A stretch of 62,971 nt of DNA, counting the filler. It is 6 parts of 6 records of this genome, joined end to end, with 100 filler letters (N's around TTAATTAATTAA, not from the genome) between each part and the next. Parts side by side here need not be neighbours in the genome. Positions count along the whole stretch, not along the records: positions 24,763 to 40,608 come from DRR378314_2285; positions 40,709 to 49,434 come from DRR378314_2288; 4 more parts are not named here. The stretch is one strand, 5' to 3'. This document shows, in pieces, positions 32,052-42,062 of this stretch (positions are counted from its first letter, which is position 1; each line of letters opens with the position of its first letter). The notes under the pieces were generated by a model that searched no databases, was not told the DNA's origin, and worked only from the letters and a program-made list of their open reading frames with translations. Both the position numbers and the translations under genes were made by a program.

Positions 32052-33062
32052 ATGTTATCTGTAAGTCAGTTGTCTATAGATTACGGCAGTAACCGTGTTG
32101 TGAGTGACCTTAATTTGTCCCTCGAAAAAAGTGAAATCCTCATGCTTGTTGGCCCAACAGGCTGCGGTAAAAGTACAATATTACAAGCGCTCGCTGGGCT
32201 TATCCCAATTAGTGAAGGCAACATTAAAATGGGCAAGTGGCATGCAACGCCTAAACACACTGTTCCGCCAGAAAAACGAAGTGTGGGTATGGTGTTTCAA
32301 GACTTTGCCTTGTTTCCCCATTTAACGGTTCAACAAAACATCTGCTTTCGGTTAAAAGACACAGCCATTGCCAATCATTGGATTAAATTGTTGGGCCTTG
32401 AGGCATTTGTTGACAAAAAGCCTGCGACTCTTTCTGGTGGCCAAAAGCAACGCGTAGCACTTGCCCGAACCCTTGCTCACGAGCCTGACTTTGTATTATT
32501 GGATGAACCCTTATCAAATCTTGACGCAGCGCTGAAAGATATGTTGCGCTGGGATATTCGTAATGCGCTTAAAGAAGCAGGCGTACCGGCTATTTGGGTA
32601 ACTCATGATCAAGAGGAAGCCTTATCCGTTGGTGACCGTGTCGGTATTTTACAGGCAGGTAAAGTGCAGCAAATTGATACGCCTGAACGTTGCTTTAGTC
32701 TACCTAAAACACGATTTGTTGCGCGCTTTTTAGGTGAGGCCAGCTTTATATCAGGGCACTTTGCCAACAACCAAGCAACCACAGCAATAGGCAATGTACC
32801 AGCACATGCTATTGATACAGAAGAAGGCAATGTAGACGTTTTATTACGACCTGATGATGTGGTATTAGTAAAAAGTGACGTTGGCAATAATGGGACTATT
32901 GTGTGGGTTCGCTTTGAGGGAACAAGCCGACTATGCGCCATCGAACTTGCGTGTAAAACCATTGTTACTAGCCGTATCAGCCATGAACTGATAGTAAAGC
33001 CTGGTGATAACGTACATGTATCGTTGAGCACTTCTCATCCATTAGCAGTATATAAGCGCTAA
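32052..33062 (+). CDS. ABC ATPase (FbpC-like, with TOBE)
   Basis: GPTGCGKST, FQDFALFPHL, LSGGQKQRVALAR, LLDEPLSNLD. Confidence 0.93.
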   Translation: MLSVSQLSIDYGSNRVVSDLNLSLEKSEILMLVGPTGCGKSTILQALAGLIPISEGNIKMGKWHATPKHTVPPEKRSVGMVFQDFALFPHLTVQQNICFRLKDTAIANHWIKLLGLEAFVDKKPATLSGGQKQRVALARTLAHEPDFVLLDEPLSNLDAALKDMLRWDIRNALKEAGVPAIWVTHDQEEALSVGDRVGILQAGKVQQIDTPERCFSLPKTRFVARFLGEASFISGHFANNQATTAIGNVPAHAIDTEEGNVDVLLRPDDVVLVKSDVGNNGTIVWVRFEGTSRLCAIELACKTIVTSRISHELIVKPGDNVHVSLSTSHPLAVYKR

Positions 33063-33073
33063 ATCCGCGTAAT

Positions 33074-33098
33074 AAAAAAGCCCATTTTCATGGGCTTT
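33074..33098. terminator. Bidirectional intrinsic terminator
   Basis: AAAAAAGCCCAT-TTTC-ATGGGCTTT between the convergent ATPase and collagenase genes. Confidence 0.85.
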
Positions 33099-33130
33099 AC
33101 GTAGGAGTTTTACTTTATAATTAAGTGTTA

Positions 33131-35905
33131 TTAACGACAGCCTTGGCTATTAAAATCAACCACTAAGCTTGCACCATTGCTAGTACCTGAAACTTTCAAG
33201 TAACCCCAGTACTCACTTTGATTAATGATATATATACATTCACTGTTACCGCTATTGGTCGACACATCAATTTCATTGCTACCATTTGGCCAGCCACTTG
33301 CAGCGTAGCTTAAGCTGATATCGCCAGAGCCATTGGCCGTTGTAATTGCAACACCACTTTGGTTTTGCACATCAGCAATACTAAACCACATTGGATCGCT
33401 GTTGCCTAAGCAAATCACCTCGCCATCATTTAAGCGGCCATTGCTTCGGCTACCTTGCGTTGCGCATACATCAGGCACATTTGAGGTTACTTCAGTGTAA
33501 GAGGCCGTTAATTGAACATTTTCAAATGTGTTGTAACCTCTAAGCATGACGTTGTAGGTACCGACTTGCACTGGGTTAATAGTGCATTGCTCTTCATTCC
33601 CACCAACGTAAGGACGACAATCAAATATTGCTTCTGTCGGTGTTGCTTCGTAACTGACATATAAATCAGCATCACCCGTACCACCTGAGATAACAAAGGC
33701 TAAGTCAGTTGCGCCTTGTGGCACTGCAAAAGTGAAATATTGCAGCTCATCTTGTGCACCACTGACACTAATAGTTTGGTTATTTTGTAAAACCCCCTCT
33801 CCAACACTGCTATCTTGCTCAATAGTCGCTGTTGTTGTTGTTGTTTGACTTGCACCTTGATTATCGGTGACTGTTAAGCTGACGTTGTACTCACCCGAAC
33901 TGGTATAAACATGGGTAGGATTTGCTTGGTTAGCGCTGCTGCCATCACCGAAGTCCCATAAGTAATCTGTGATTGTGCCATTACTATCACTGCTGCCATT
34001 ACTGGTAAAACTTACTTCACTATTTTGAGTGCCTAAGTAAGGCCCGTTAATTTGTGCAACTGGCGGTGGATTTGTCGTTGTACCCGCAACTAAATCGTCA
34101 CACCACTGCACAAATTCATTTTCGTAGCTGTTAGCCCATTGCACTGTTTTGGCTTTATATGCGCTCCAATCACCAACACGGGTATGTGCGAGCATAGTGT
34201 TGATTTCATCATTATGGCGCTCAAACATAAAGCGAACGGCTAAATAGCCCCAGCGATAAATTCGGTCTTGATCAAAGCCATCATAATTAGTGGCAAATAC
34301 CTGCGCGAGTGTATAACGAGAGCCATCACTGATGGTTGCTTTTGCGGCATCGTTATCATTTAAATTAGCCACATACTCTGCAACCCCTTCAGACCACCAA
34401 ACTATATCTTCTGTGGGAGAATTAAAATTACCATATAGATCAAAGCGACCATCGAGATAATGCACATACTCGTGCTCTAAGTTCCATACATAGTGATCGG
34501 CTTTTGCATAGCTGGCTTCATACGCAATAAAGTTTGCTTGGTTGCCAGCTACGGATGGATCGCCTTCTAAATACATGCCGCCGTTATTGGTATTGATACC
34601 AAAAATCACCCCCGCATATTTACTGTAATCATCACTACTATCGAAAATATTAACTTGTAAAAAACTATTATTATCATCTGCAACGGGGGTGTTATTTGTT
34701 GCTAACTTAGTATGAAATAAGCCTTCCTCAGCGCCCATTGCATCACACGCGGCAGCATGTTGTGCTGCGGTCATATTTTGTGAACGAATTTTGATAGTGT
34801 TGCTACAGCTATAATTTTGTGACAATGCCTGAGTTATTAAGTTATCAACAAATCCACAAATACCATAATCATTACAATCAGCGTAATAACTTACAGAGTC
34901 TGCCGCAGCGAGCCAAACAGCATCACCGAAACCAAAACTGTTATACGTAGTAAAAATAGCATTTAAGCCAGAATCTACAGTATTTTGAATGGGTGTATTT
35001 GAATACTGCTTTAACCGTGCAAGCTCACTAGCTGCATTAACAAGCAAGTACTGCGCATCCGAATCAATCATCCACTGTTTTTGAGTAAACGCATTAAGTT
35101 GGGTGACTAAATCGGTATCGGTGCCAACAGCTGTAACAAATGCATCATTCCATTGTCCGCGGTACAGTAGCGTGAAGATACCATTCACCGCACCACGAAT
35201 ATTCCATTTAGCCGCATAGCTTTCGTTAAAACGGCTCAACCACTGTTTTACAACACCAATATAACGATGTTGTTGCTCTGAACTGTCCATAGTAATGATA
35301 ACTTCATTGAGTGTCTTACCGTGACCATCGTTATCGTCGTAAAAGTGACTATTGGCAACAAATGCATCAATGGCATCCACAACAGCAGGGGTAACCCAAG
35401 TGGCAAAACTAACATTGTCATTGTAGAATTCAGCATAGAAGCCTGTACGCAAATATAAAAACAGCGCTTCTAACTCTACATCCCCCCCACCTGCATAAGT
35501 CTGTGAGAGCGACTTTGCATGGTTAGCAACAGCGAACATTTTATCAGACGTAAACACCTGACTTTGTATTGATGCTGAGGCACTAAATAGTTCATTAATG
35601 CATTGTGAACCTTGGTTTTTAACTTCAGTAATAATGGTTGATGTACTCGCCGTTGCTAATGCATCCAAATCACATGTAACAGCCGCGGCTTGCATTGTCA
35701 TCATACGCGCGCTCAAAAGCTGCGGTTGGCTCTGCACTTTAGCAATTGGTGCTTTTTCGTTATGGTTTTGTTCAACACCATGATGATGCACACGCTCAAC
35801 AGCTGCTGACTTAGGCTTAAATGTACGCTCCCCTACCTCCTCAGCCAATGCCATTGTACTCATGCCCAATATTGGTAACGCCAGAATCAGTGTATTAATT
35901 TTCAT
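33131..35905 (-). CDS. colA: Microbial collagenase, peptidase M9A, with PKD and PPC domains
   Basis: Signal peptide, TNNGGMYLEGDP, NLEHEYVHYLDGRF, EGVAEY, YRWGYLAVRFMFE, PKD WDFGDG and PPC GGTGDADLYV. Confidence 0.95.
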   Translation of the reverse strand: MKINTLILALPILGMSTMALAEEVGERTFKPKSAAVERVHHHGVEQNHNEKAPIAKVQSQPQLLSARMMTMQAAAVTCDLDALATASTSTIITEVKNQGSQCINELFSASASIQSQVFTSDKMFAVANHAKSLSQTYAGGGDVELEALFLYLRTGFYAEFYNDNVSFATWVTPAVVDAIDAFVANSHFYDDNDGHGKTLNEVIITMDSSEQQHRYIGVVKQWLSRFNESYAAKWNIRGAVNGIFTLLYRGQWNDAFVTAVGTDTDLVTQLNAFTQKQWMIDSDAQYLLVNAASELARLKQYSNTPIQNTVDSGLNAIFTTYNSFGFGDAVWLAAADSVSYYADCNDYGICGFVDNLITQALSQNYSCSNTIKIRSQNMTAAQHAAACDAMGAEEGLFHTKLATNNTPVADDNNSFLQVNIFDSSDDYSKYAGVIFGINTNNGGMYLEGDPSVAGNQANFIAYEASYAKADHYVWNLEHEYVHYLDGRFDLYGNFNSPTEDIVWWSEGVAEYVANLNDNDAAKATISDGSRYTLAQVFATNYDGFDQDRIYRWGYLAVRFMFERHNDEINTMLAHTRVGDWSAYKAKTVQWANSYENEFVQWCDDLVAGTTTNPPPVAQINGPYLGTQNSEVSFTSNGSSDSNGTITDYLWDFGDGSSANQANPTHVYTSSGEYNVSLTVTDNQGASQTTTTTATIEQDSSVGEGVLQNNQTISVSGAQDELQYFTFAVPQGATDLAFVISGGTGDADLYVSYEATPTEAIFDCRPYVGGNEEQCTINPVQVGTYNVMLRGYNTFENVQLTASYTEVTSNVPDVCATQGSRSNGRLNDGEVICLGNSDPMWFSIADVQNQSGVAITTANGSGDISLSYAASGWPNGSNEIDVSTNSGNSECIYIINQSEYWGYLKVSGTSNGASLVVDFNSQGCR

Positions 35906-35980
35906 ACTCTACCTTCAATTATTAGTGTGTTCTCAATCCAGAACGGGTTATTGAGGTACGTTTTGTAACATTTAATTATC

Positions 35981-35992
35981 ATTGTATACAAT
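35981..35992. promoter_or_regulatory. GntR/HypR-type operator ATTGTATACAAT
   Basis: Perfect 12-bp palindrome 76 nt upstream of the collagenase start codon. Confidence 0.72.
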
Positions 35993-36198
35993 ATATTTTA
36001 TATAACATTAACGAATATTCATATATTGGTTTTAACAAAATATTAAAAGGCAGTTCTTTTGGATTGTTTTTTCAAAGGGGGTTGAATAAACATAGACAGG
36101 AACCCTGAACCGGCGTTTTTCATAGAATTAGTGCTTTGATTTAAAGCCAAGTATGGTAATTTACTCTTTCAATCAACATCCTCGTTTGAGTAGGTTAT

Positions 36199-37230
36199 AT
36201 GAGTACAAAAAACCATTGGACACTAAAAAGTATTGCAAAAGAATTAGGTGTTTCAAATGCCACAGTGTCAAATGCGTTTAACCGCCCGGATCAATTATCT
36301 AAAAATCGCAGAGAATCAATTTTAGCGGCATGTAAAGAGTTGGGATATTTTGGTCCGAACAAAGCCGCTCAGTCTCTACGCCGAGGTAAATTTAATATTA
36401 TTGCGTTAGTGCTTCCTGATAGCGTTGAATATATGGTGTCAGATCCGGTGGCGAGTAGCTTTATGAGAGGGGTCGCGTCTGTGCTAGAAAAAAGCGGCAA
36501 TAATCTTTTGTTGTTTTCTGGCAATAGTGACAATTTAAACAGTGTGGTTGATTTTGTTGATGGCTTTATTTGCTATGGCCGCCCACGAAACCAGCTCTTA
36601 GTAGAACAACTAAAAACTGTGCCTAAACATGTGGTGACTGTTGACTTTGACATAGGCCGCAATGCCTCTGTAAATATAAATAATGAACAAGCTAGCTACG
36701 AAGTTGCAAAACATGCCCTGCAACATAAAGATGACCAAGTCGCTATTTTAGGCCTGCGTTTGCTCGATGAAAATGTATTATGCCGCGTATATGAACACCA
36801 TGAATTTGAAGCGGGGCAATCAATCGCGCACCAACGATTACGCGGCTATCAAAAAGCCCTAGCAGAACAAGATATTACCATTGGGGAAGATCGCATTTGG
36901 AATATTCCTGAAAGTACTGAGCGCTATGCAAGTATTGCTGCTAAAGAGGCGCTGAGCTGCCTACCTCGCCCTTCAGTCATGCTGTGTATGAGCGATCTTA
37001 TCGCCCTTGCGACAATGCGAGAAGCGATTAAAATGGGCCTAACAATTCCTGACGATATAAGAATTGTGGGGTTTGATGGCATTGATGAAGCGCAGCGATT
37101 CGTACCCAAGCTAACCACAATCCACCAAAACAGTGAAGAAAAAGGCGCATTAGCTGCTAATTTGTTTATTTCCAAAGAAGAAAATAAAGCACTCATTAAC
37201 CACGAACTGCAATTGGGTCAAAGTGGCTAG
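36199..37230 (+). CDS. LacI-family repressor (probable sucrose regulon regulator)
   Basis: HTH TLKSIAKELGVSNATVSNAFN, PNKAAQSLRRG, IPDDIRIVGFDG and LTTIHQ. Confidence 0.92.
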   Translation: MSTKNHWTLKSIAKELGVSNATVSNAFNRPDQLSKNRRESILAACKELGYFGPNKAAQSLRRGKFNIIALVLPDSVEYMVSDPVASSFMRGVASVLEKSGNNLLLFSGNSDNLNSVVDFVDGFICYGRPRNQLLVEQLKTVPKHVVTVDFDIGRNASVNINNEQASYEVAKHALQHKDDQVAILGLRLLDENVLCRVYEHHEFEAGQSIAHQRLRGYQKALAEQDITIGEDRIWNIPESTERYASIAAKEALSCLPRPSVMLCMSDLIALATMREAIKMGLTIPDDIRIVGFDGIDEAQRFVPKLTTIHQNSEEKGALAANLFISKEENKALINHELQLGQSG

Positions 37231-37540
37231 GGGTTGTTGACTTTGGCGGATTAAAATTTGCTCAAACTTGGGACGATTTAACCGCGGCGTCAGGTTCGTA
37301 ACCTTGTGGGCTACATCAAAACCAAGCAAAGCTTCCGCGTTCTGTTCACGCCTTTTAACACCCTCCATGTAGGCAACAAAGAGTAAATCGCCTTAGGCAA
37401 AACCTTTTGAGCAGCGCCTGTTTGACATTAATGCTGTGTTATCGCCTATTTATGGCGAATAACCACACTACATAGGCGCTACCTTGCCTAAAGAACAAAC
37501 AGACTGCTGTAAATTCAACCTTGAAAGGTCACATACCTTA
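37228..37540. mobile_element. MITE-like intergenic repeat of Alteromonadales type (about 310 bp, imperfect TIRs, TA ends)
   Basis: Left end TAGGGGTTGTTGACTTTGGCGGATTAAAATTT versus reverse complement of the right end TAAGGTATGTGACCTTTCAAGGTTGAATTT. Internal hairpins; no credible ORF. Confidence 0.65.
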
Positions 37541-37603
37541 ACCTTTCAAGGTTAACACCTGTTTAATTTTCAAAGGTAACCACACGCACTGTCTGAGCTC
37601 TCA

Positions 37604-39076
37604 TTAAGCTAATAAATCATTTAACGAAGTAAGTATTTGCTCTGATGAGGTATGCTCAATGATGAGTGCTTCACGAGTTTCAAAGTTTATTTTGAATTCA
37701 ATAGCATTGTCATCTTTACGCCATTTTAGGCAACAACTATTTGTGTTTCCTGTAACACTAAACTCGCCATTAAATGCGTTATGTGTATTGCGAATAGTAA
37801 TCAATTTAAGAAGCCCTTTAACCACTGGCTTTGCTAATGATTCACAGATGATATCGGCATCTAAATACGGGCGGTTAATATCGCGACCCACGTTTGATTT
37901 TGCCAATAATGTCATATCATTTTCACAAGCAAACAGTCCGCTATAATAAACTTGAGGCACACCTGGGGCAAAAAACTGGATTGCTCTTGCAACTAAGTAA
38001 TCAAAATCACTCGCGCCTAAGGCATTATAATAGGTGCAATTAACTTGATATAAATCGACATTACTCGCAGCAGCCCCAGTCGCTTGGCGACTTTGGTTAT
38101 TACTATTTGCGTGAATAGTCTCGACTAAGTTATCTATTTGCGCCGCATTTAAAAGGCCCGGCTTCTCGCCCATAGGGCCGGCATCGATAATGCCAATGCC
38201 ATCGTGTGTATCAAGCACGGTTAGGCAGTTTCGAGGTGAAATTTTAAGCCATTGCACTAATGCATCGCTATTATTAGTAAATAAGCTATGCAAAATCAGC
38301 GGCGGTAATGCAAAGTCATATACCATATTAACGCGTTTAGCGACTTCAACCTGTGTTTGGTAGTGGCTATGAATTTCAGCAATAGTTTCCATGCCTAAAT
38401 CATTAGCCTGTGCTGATAACTTATCTAAATAATCAAAAGTTTGATCTAGCATAAAACAGTTAGTTCCAGCTTCTTTTATCGCATAACCTGCGGCATCTAA
38501 GCGGATGATATTGACATTATTCTGCGAAAACTTTGTCAAAACATTATCTAAATACTCAATACCTGGCGTTGACTTTACATTGATATCTATTTGATTATCA
38601 GTAAATGTTGTCCAAAACTCATACGTTTCCCCATCTTCACAGGTAATAGGCGTAAAACAACTCCCTGGACGTGGACGGTAGATTGCTTTTTGCTCTTGTT
38701 CACTCATACCACCAGGGAACACATCTTCTTTTGTTAAGAATAGATCCCAGTAATCTGATTTCTTACCATTTTTTAATACATCTTTAAACTGAAAAGACTG
38801 TGCTGAAACATGATTTACAATTAAGTCAGCCATTAAATCATAATGTTCACCTAACGCTTGAATATCTTGCCATGTGCCAATTCGCTCATCAACAGCACTA
38901 TGGTCTATCGGGTCAAATCCCGCATCACTGCCATCTATTGGATTATAAAAAGGCAGTAGATGTACACCACCAAACACATTTTCTAGCGGGCCATTGAGTA
39001 AATTGGATAAAGCATTGATGCCTTGTCCTGTGATGCGATCTGCATAGGTGATCAGTTGAACTTTATTCTTCATCAT
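37604..39076 (-). CDS. gtfA: Sucrose phosphorylase (GH13_18)
   Basis: MKNKVQLITYADR, YRPRP loop, RLDAAGY nucleophile, EIHSHY, VLDTHDGIG and AASNVDLYQVN (sucrose-type loop A). Confidence 0.92.
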   Translation of the reverse strand: MMKNKVQLITYADRITGQGINALSNLLNGPLENVFGGVHLLPFYNPIDGSDAGFDPIDHSAVDERIGTWQDIQALGEHYDLMADLIVNHVSAQSFQFKDVLKNGKKSDYWDLFLTKEDVFPGGMSEQEQKAIYRPRPGSCFTPITCEDGETYEFWTTFTDNQIDINVKSTPGIEYLDNVLTKFSQNNVNIIRLDAAGYAIKEAGTNCFMLDQTFDYLDKLSAQANDLGMETIAEIHSHYQTQVEVAKRVNMVYDFALPPLILHSLFTNNSDALVQWLKISPRNCLTVLDTHDGIGIIDAGPMGEKPGLLNAAQIDNLVETIHANSNNQSRQATGAAASNVDLYQVNCTYYNALGASDFDYLVARAIQFFAPGVPQVYYSGLFACENDMTLLAKSNVGRDINRPYLDADIICESLAKPVVKGLLKLITIRNTHNAFNGEFSVTGNTNSCCLKWRKDDNAIEFKINFETREALIIEHTSSEQILTSLNDLLA

Positions 39077-39094
39077 GTGTAAATACCAAGTTGA

Positions 39095-39112
39095 ATCTTA
39101 ATCGATTAAGAT
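39095..39112. promoter_or_regulatory. LacI-type operator ATCTTAATCGATTAAGAT
   Basis: Perfect 18-bp palindrome with central CG, 19 nt upstream of gtfA. Confidence 0.85.
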
Positions 39113-39251
39113 ATATCTTTAACTAGGAAACCAATTTTTACAAGAAGTTTTTACAACTTTGATACAAAAACGGGATGGTTAAACTATCATTTTATAATTA
39201 ATGTACTGAGTTAATTATAAAAATGCTTAATCACCTAACGAGGATATAAAG

Positions 39252-40481
39252 ATGAATAAAACGCACACTCTCGTTAGCAATACTTCATTGCAACACATAC
39301 GTTGGCTCACATATATGATGTTCTTTATGTTTGCTATGACCTCAGATGCAGTTGGCATGATCATCCCTGAGCTTATAAAAGAATTTAACCTAACGATGAC
39401 ACAAGCCAGTGCATTTCATTATGCTCCTATGGCTTTAATTGCTCTAAGCGGGCTTTTCCTTGGGTTTTTAGCTGATAGCTTTGGCCGCAAACAAACTATT
39501 ATGTTGGGCTTATTACTATTTTCTATCAGCTGTTTTTTGTTTGCCGTTAGCAGCAGCTTCATTATTTTTGTATTACTTTTATGCTTAATAGGCTTAGCCA
39601 TCGGTTTATTTAAAACCGGTGCACTGGCGCTACTTGGCGATATTTCACAAAGTAATAACGAGCATACGAAAACCATGAATAAGGTAGAAGGGTTCTTTGG
39701 TATAGGCGCTATTGTTGGCCCAGCTTTAGTAAGCTTTTTACTAACCCAACAAGTAAGTTGGACTTATTTATATGTCATTGCAGGTATTATGTGCTTAATT
39801 TTAGCTGTACTTGCTTGGCGTGCTGACTACCCACCCGTGGTAAAAACCACAGCAAAACCAACCTCACTTGCAACCACCATGAAGATGGTGAAAAACCCTT
39901 ATGCACTGGGCTTTTCATTAGCTATCGCACTGTATGTGGCAACTGAAGTGGCTATTTATGTATGGATGCCGACTTTACTCGCAGATTACACAGGATCATG
40001 GACACTCATGGCAACATATGCTCTGACTATCTTTTTTATCCTGCGTGCCGCTGGCCGTTTTATCGCTGTGTGGTTACTTAACCGCTTTAGCTGGCAAAGT
40101 GTCATGGTTTGGCTAAGCTTAGGGATAGCTGGTTGTTATATCGGAACATTGATAGGAGGCGTCAATGCAGCAGTCCTGCTGTTGCCTCTTTCAGGCTTGT
40201 TCATGTCGATGGTATACCCAACACTTAACTCTAAGGGTATTTCATGCTTTGCGGTGCAACAACATGGTGCCGTTGCAGGTGTTATTTTGTTTTTTACCGC
40301 CTTGTCAGCGGCTTTAGCGCCTTTGTTTATGGGTATGATTAGTGACATGTTTGGACATGTAAAATACGGCTTTATTCTAGCAACAGGCTTTGCAATATTG
40401 CTCTTTGTCGCCATGTTATATAACTACTTTAAAGACCCTTCAGCGCAGGCATTGCATCAGATTAACGCACAACTCGATTAA
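39252..40481 (+). CDS. MFS sugar transporter (FucP-like), probable sucrose/glucoside permease
   Basis: About 12 hydrophobic segments, GFLADSFGRK and YVATEVAIYVW. Divergent from gtfA. Confidence 0.85.
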   Translation: MNKTHTLVSNTSLQHIRWLTYMMFFMFAMTSDAVGMIIPELIKEFNLTMTQASAFHYAPMALIALSGLFLGFLADSFGRKQTIMLGLLLFSISCFLFAVSSSFIIFVLLLCLIGLAIGLFKTGALALLGDISQSNNEHTKTMNKVEGFFGIGAIVGPALVSFLLTQQVSWTYLYVIAGIMCLILAVLAWRADYPPVVKTTAKPTSLATTMKMVKNPYALGFSLAIALYVATEVAIYVWMPTLLADYTGSWTLMATYALTIFFILRAAGRFIAVWLLNRFSWQSVMVWLSLGIAGCYIGTLIGGVNAAVLLLPLSGLFMSMVYPTLNSKGISCFAVQQHGAVAGVILFFTALSAALAPLFMGMISDMFGHVKYGFILATGFAILLFVAMLYNYFKDPSAQALHQINAQLD

Positions 40482-40561
40482 TTTGGTGCAAAAAAACAAT
40501 ATAAAAAGTTGTTTAAAAACAATGAAAGAGTAAAAAACAAACATTTAAATACAAAAATAAG

Positions 40562-40608
40562 TTGCTTAATGTAAAATCTTTGTTATTTTTACTTAATCGA
40601 TTAAGTAA
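40562..40608 (+). promoter_or_regulatory. Second LacI operator with a candidate promoter for a gene beyond the contig end
   Basis: Perfect 20-bp palindrome TTACTTAATCGATTAAGTAA (40589-40608), just after TTGCTT (40562) and an extended -10 TGnTATTTT (40581-40589). Confidence 0.8.
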
Positions 40609-40708
40609 NNNNNNNNNNNNNNNNNNNNNNNNNNNNNNNNNNNNNNNNNNNNTTAATTAATTAANNNNNNNNNNNNNNNNNNNNNNNNNNNNNNNNNNNN
40701 NNNNNNNN
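40609..40708. other. Artificial contig-joining spacer
   Basis: Same 100-nt linker. Confidence 0.99.
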
Positions 40709-40873
40709 CTGAAGAAGCGAGGATTGTGCGCGCCTACGTCTATAGCAGCTCGCTGCATTGCCGGTCGGTGCGGGTATATATGTTTCTCCGTCGTCCTCGG
40801 ACGATGCCGCGAATATCTCCTTTGCTGCGTGCTGACAGCTGCTCACCTGTTCCTGTTGCGTTGATTACGTCAG

Positions 40874-41895
40874 CGCATGATCGAGGATAATATGCAAGTC
40901 CGACTTGGGCTACGCCAGCAGCGTGCCGAGCTTCGTAGCGCCGCACATGAGCGCGTCGCGGCTCGCGGAGCGTCGCTGCGCAACCATGCGTCGCGTGCGC
41001 GTGGGGGAGCGCGGCGCGAGGTGGAGACGTTTGTGGACACGGACTTTCGCGTCTTTGAGCTGGCTGAGGGGTACGTTGCGCTTTGCTAGGTGCGCTGCGC
41101 GTTTGCTCGCGGCCTGCGCGGTGTGCTCGCTCCCTTTGGATTCGTGAAAGCGGAAGGCGACCGCCGGTATTGCTGAGAGCAAGCTTGCACTGTGCGCCGA
41201 GACGGCGAGCGAATGCCGAGTGGAGAGAGCGACGCGCTACAGAAAGGCTTGCAAGCTTGCTGTGCGCCGAGCAGCCGTTGCACGCGCTGGTCCTTCCGTT
41301 GGCACAGCGATTGGCTGCACGGTCGGCTTCCCCGCGACTTTCCTCGCGCCCTAAGCTTGCACGGAAGAGGCACATTGCAACTCACACTGCTGCGCTTGCA
41401 TGGCTGCGACGACGGCGACGCGCCGGGGACGTGTGGCTGTGCAGGGTGCCAACGCGCTCCATGCTCCCGCATCGCGCTCTCGCTGTGTGTGCTCCACTGC
41501 ATGTGCGATTTGGCGCCACCTCTGCCGCGAGCGCTGTGGCGTGCGCCGCCAGGGCTATGGGGGCGGTGAGCGCTGCCGAAGCGCGCGAAAGTGTGGCAAC
41601 CTCTGTGCTGGCGCAAGCGACGGCGGCCGCTGAGAACGGGGCGGAGACCGCGTCGTCGCATGTCGAAAAAGCGCGCGTGGCGGGGAAAGGCGAGCGCGAG
41701 GTGTGGAGCTCGCGTCTCTCCGCGGCGGCGCGCGACACGGAGCTTGCGCAGGACCATGTGGTGCATGCGCGTACTGCGGCGCGCGAATGGTGGGAGCAGC
41801 CGGCGCAGTTCACGGTCCCGTGGGTCACGTACAGCGGGCGCAGCGTGGCCGAGTACGTGGCCGAGTGGAAAGATGCAGCTGGCAGCGATGCGTAG
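40874..41895 (+). CDS. HAUS5: Augmin subunit 5 (HAUS5/AUG5), last two exons
   Basis: Exons 40874-41070 (cag|...GG|gtacgt) and 41445-41895 (tgcag|G) are phase compatible. The C-terminal signature is EWWEQPAQFTVPWVTYSGRSVAEY. Confidence 0.72.
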
Positions 41896-42062
41896 CGTGC
41901 TCGGATCGACGAGAAGGCGCAAAATACATGGCACAGGGCACAGTGGCGCATCCTTGCGCTTATATTCCATAGAACACCGCCGGGGCACGTGGTGCTGCGC
42001 ATGCACGCCTGTGCGTGGGCGTGGCGACGAGCTGCGCGCAGCGAGCCTCTGCTTGCGGCCTT

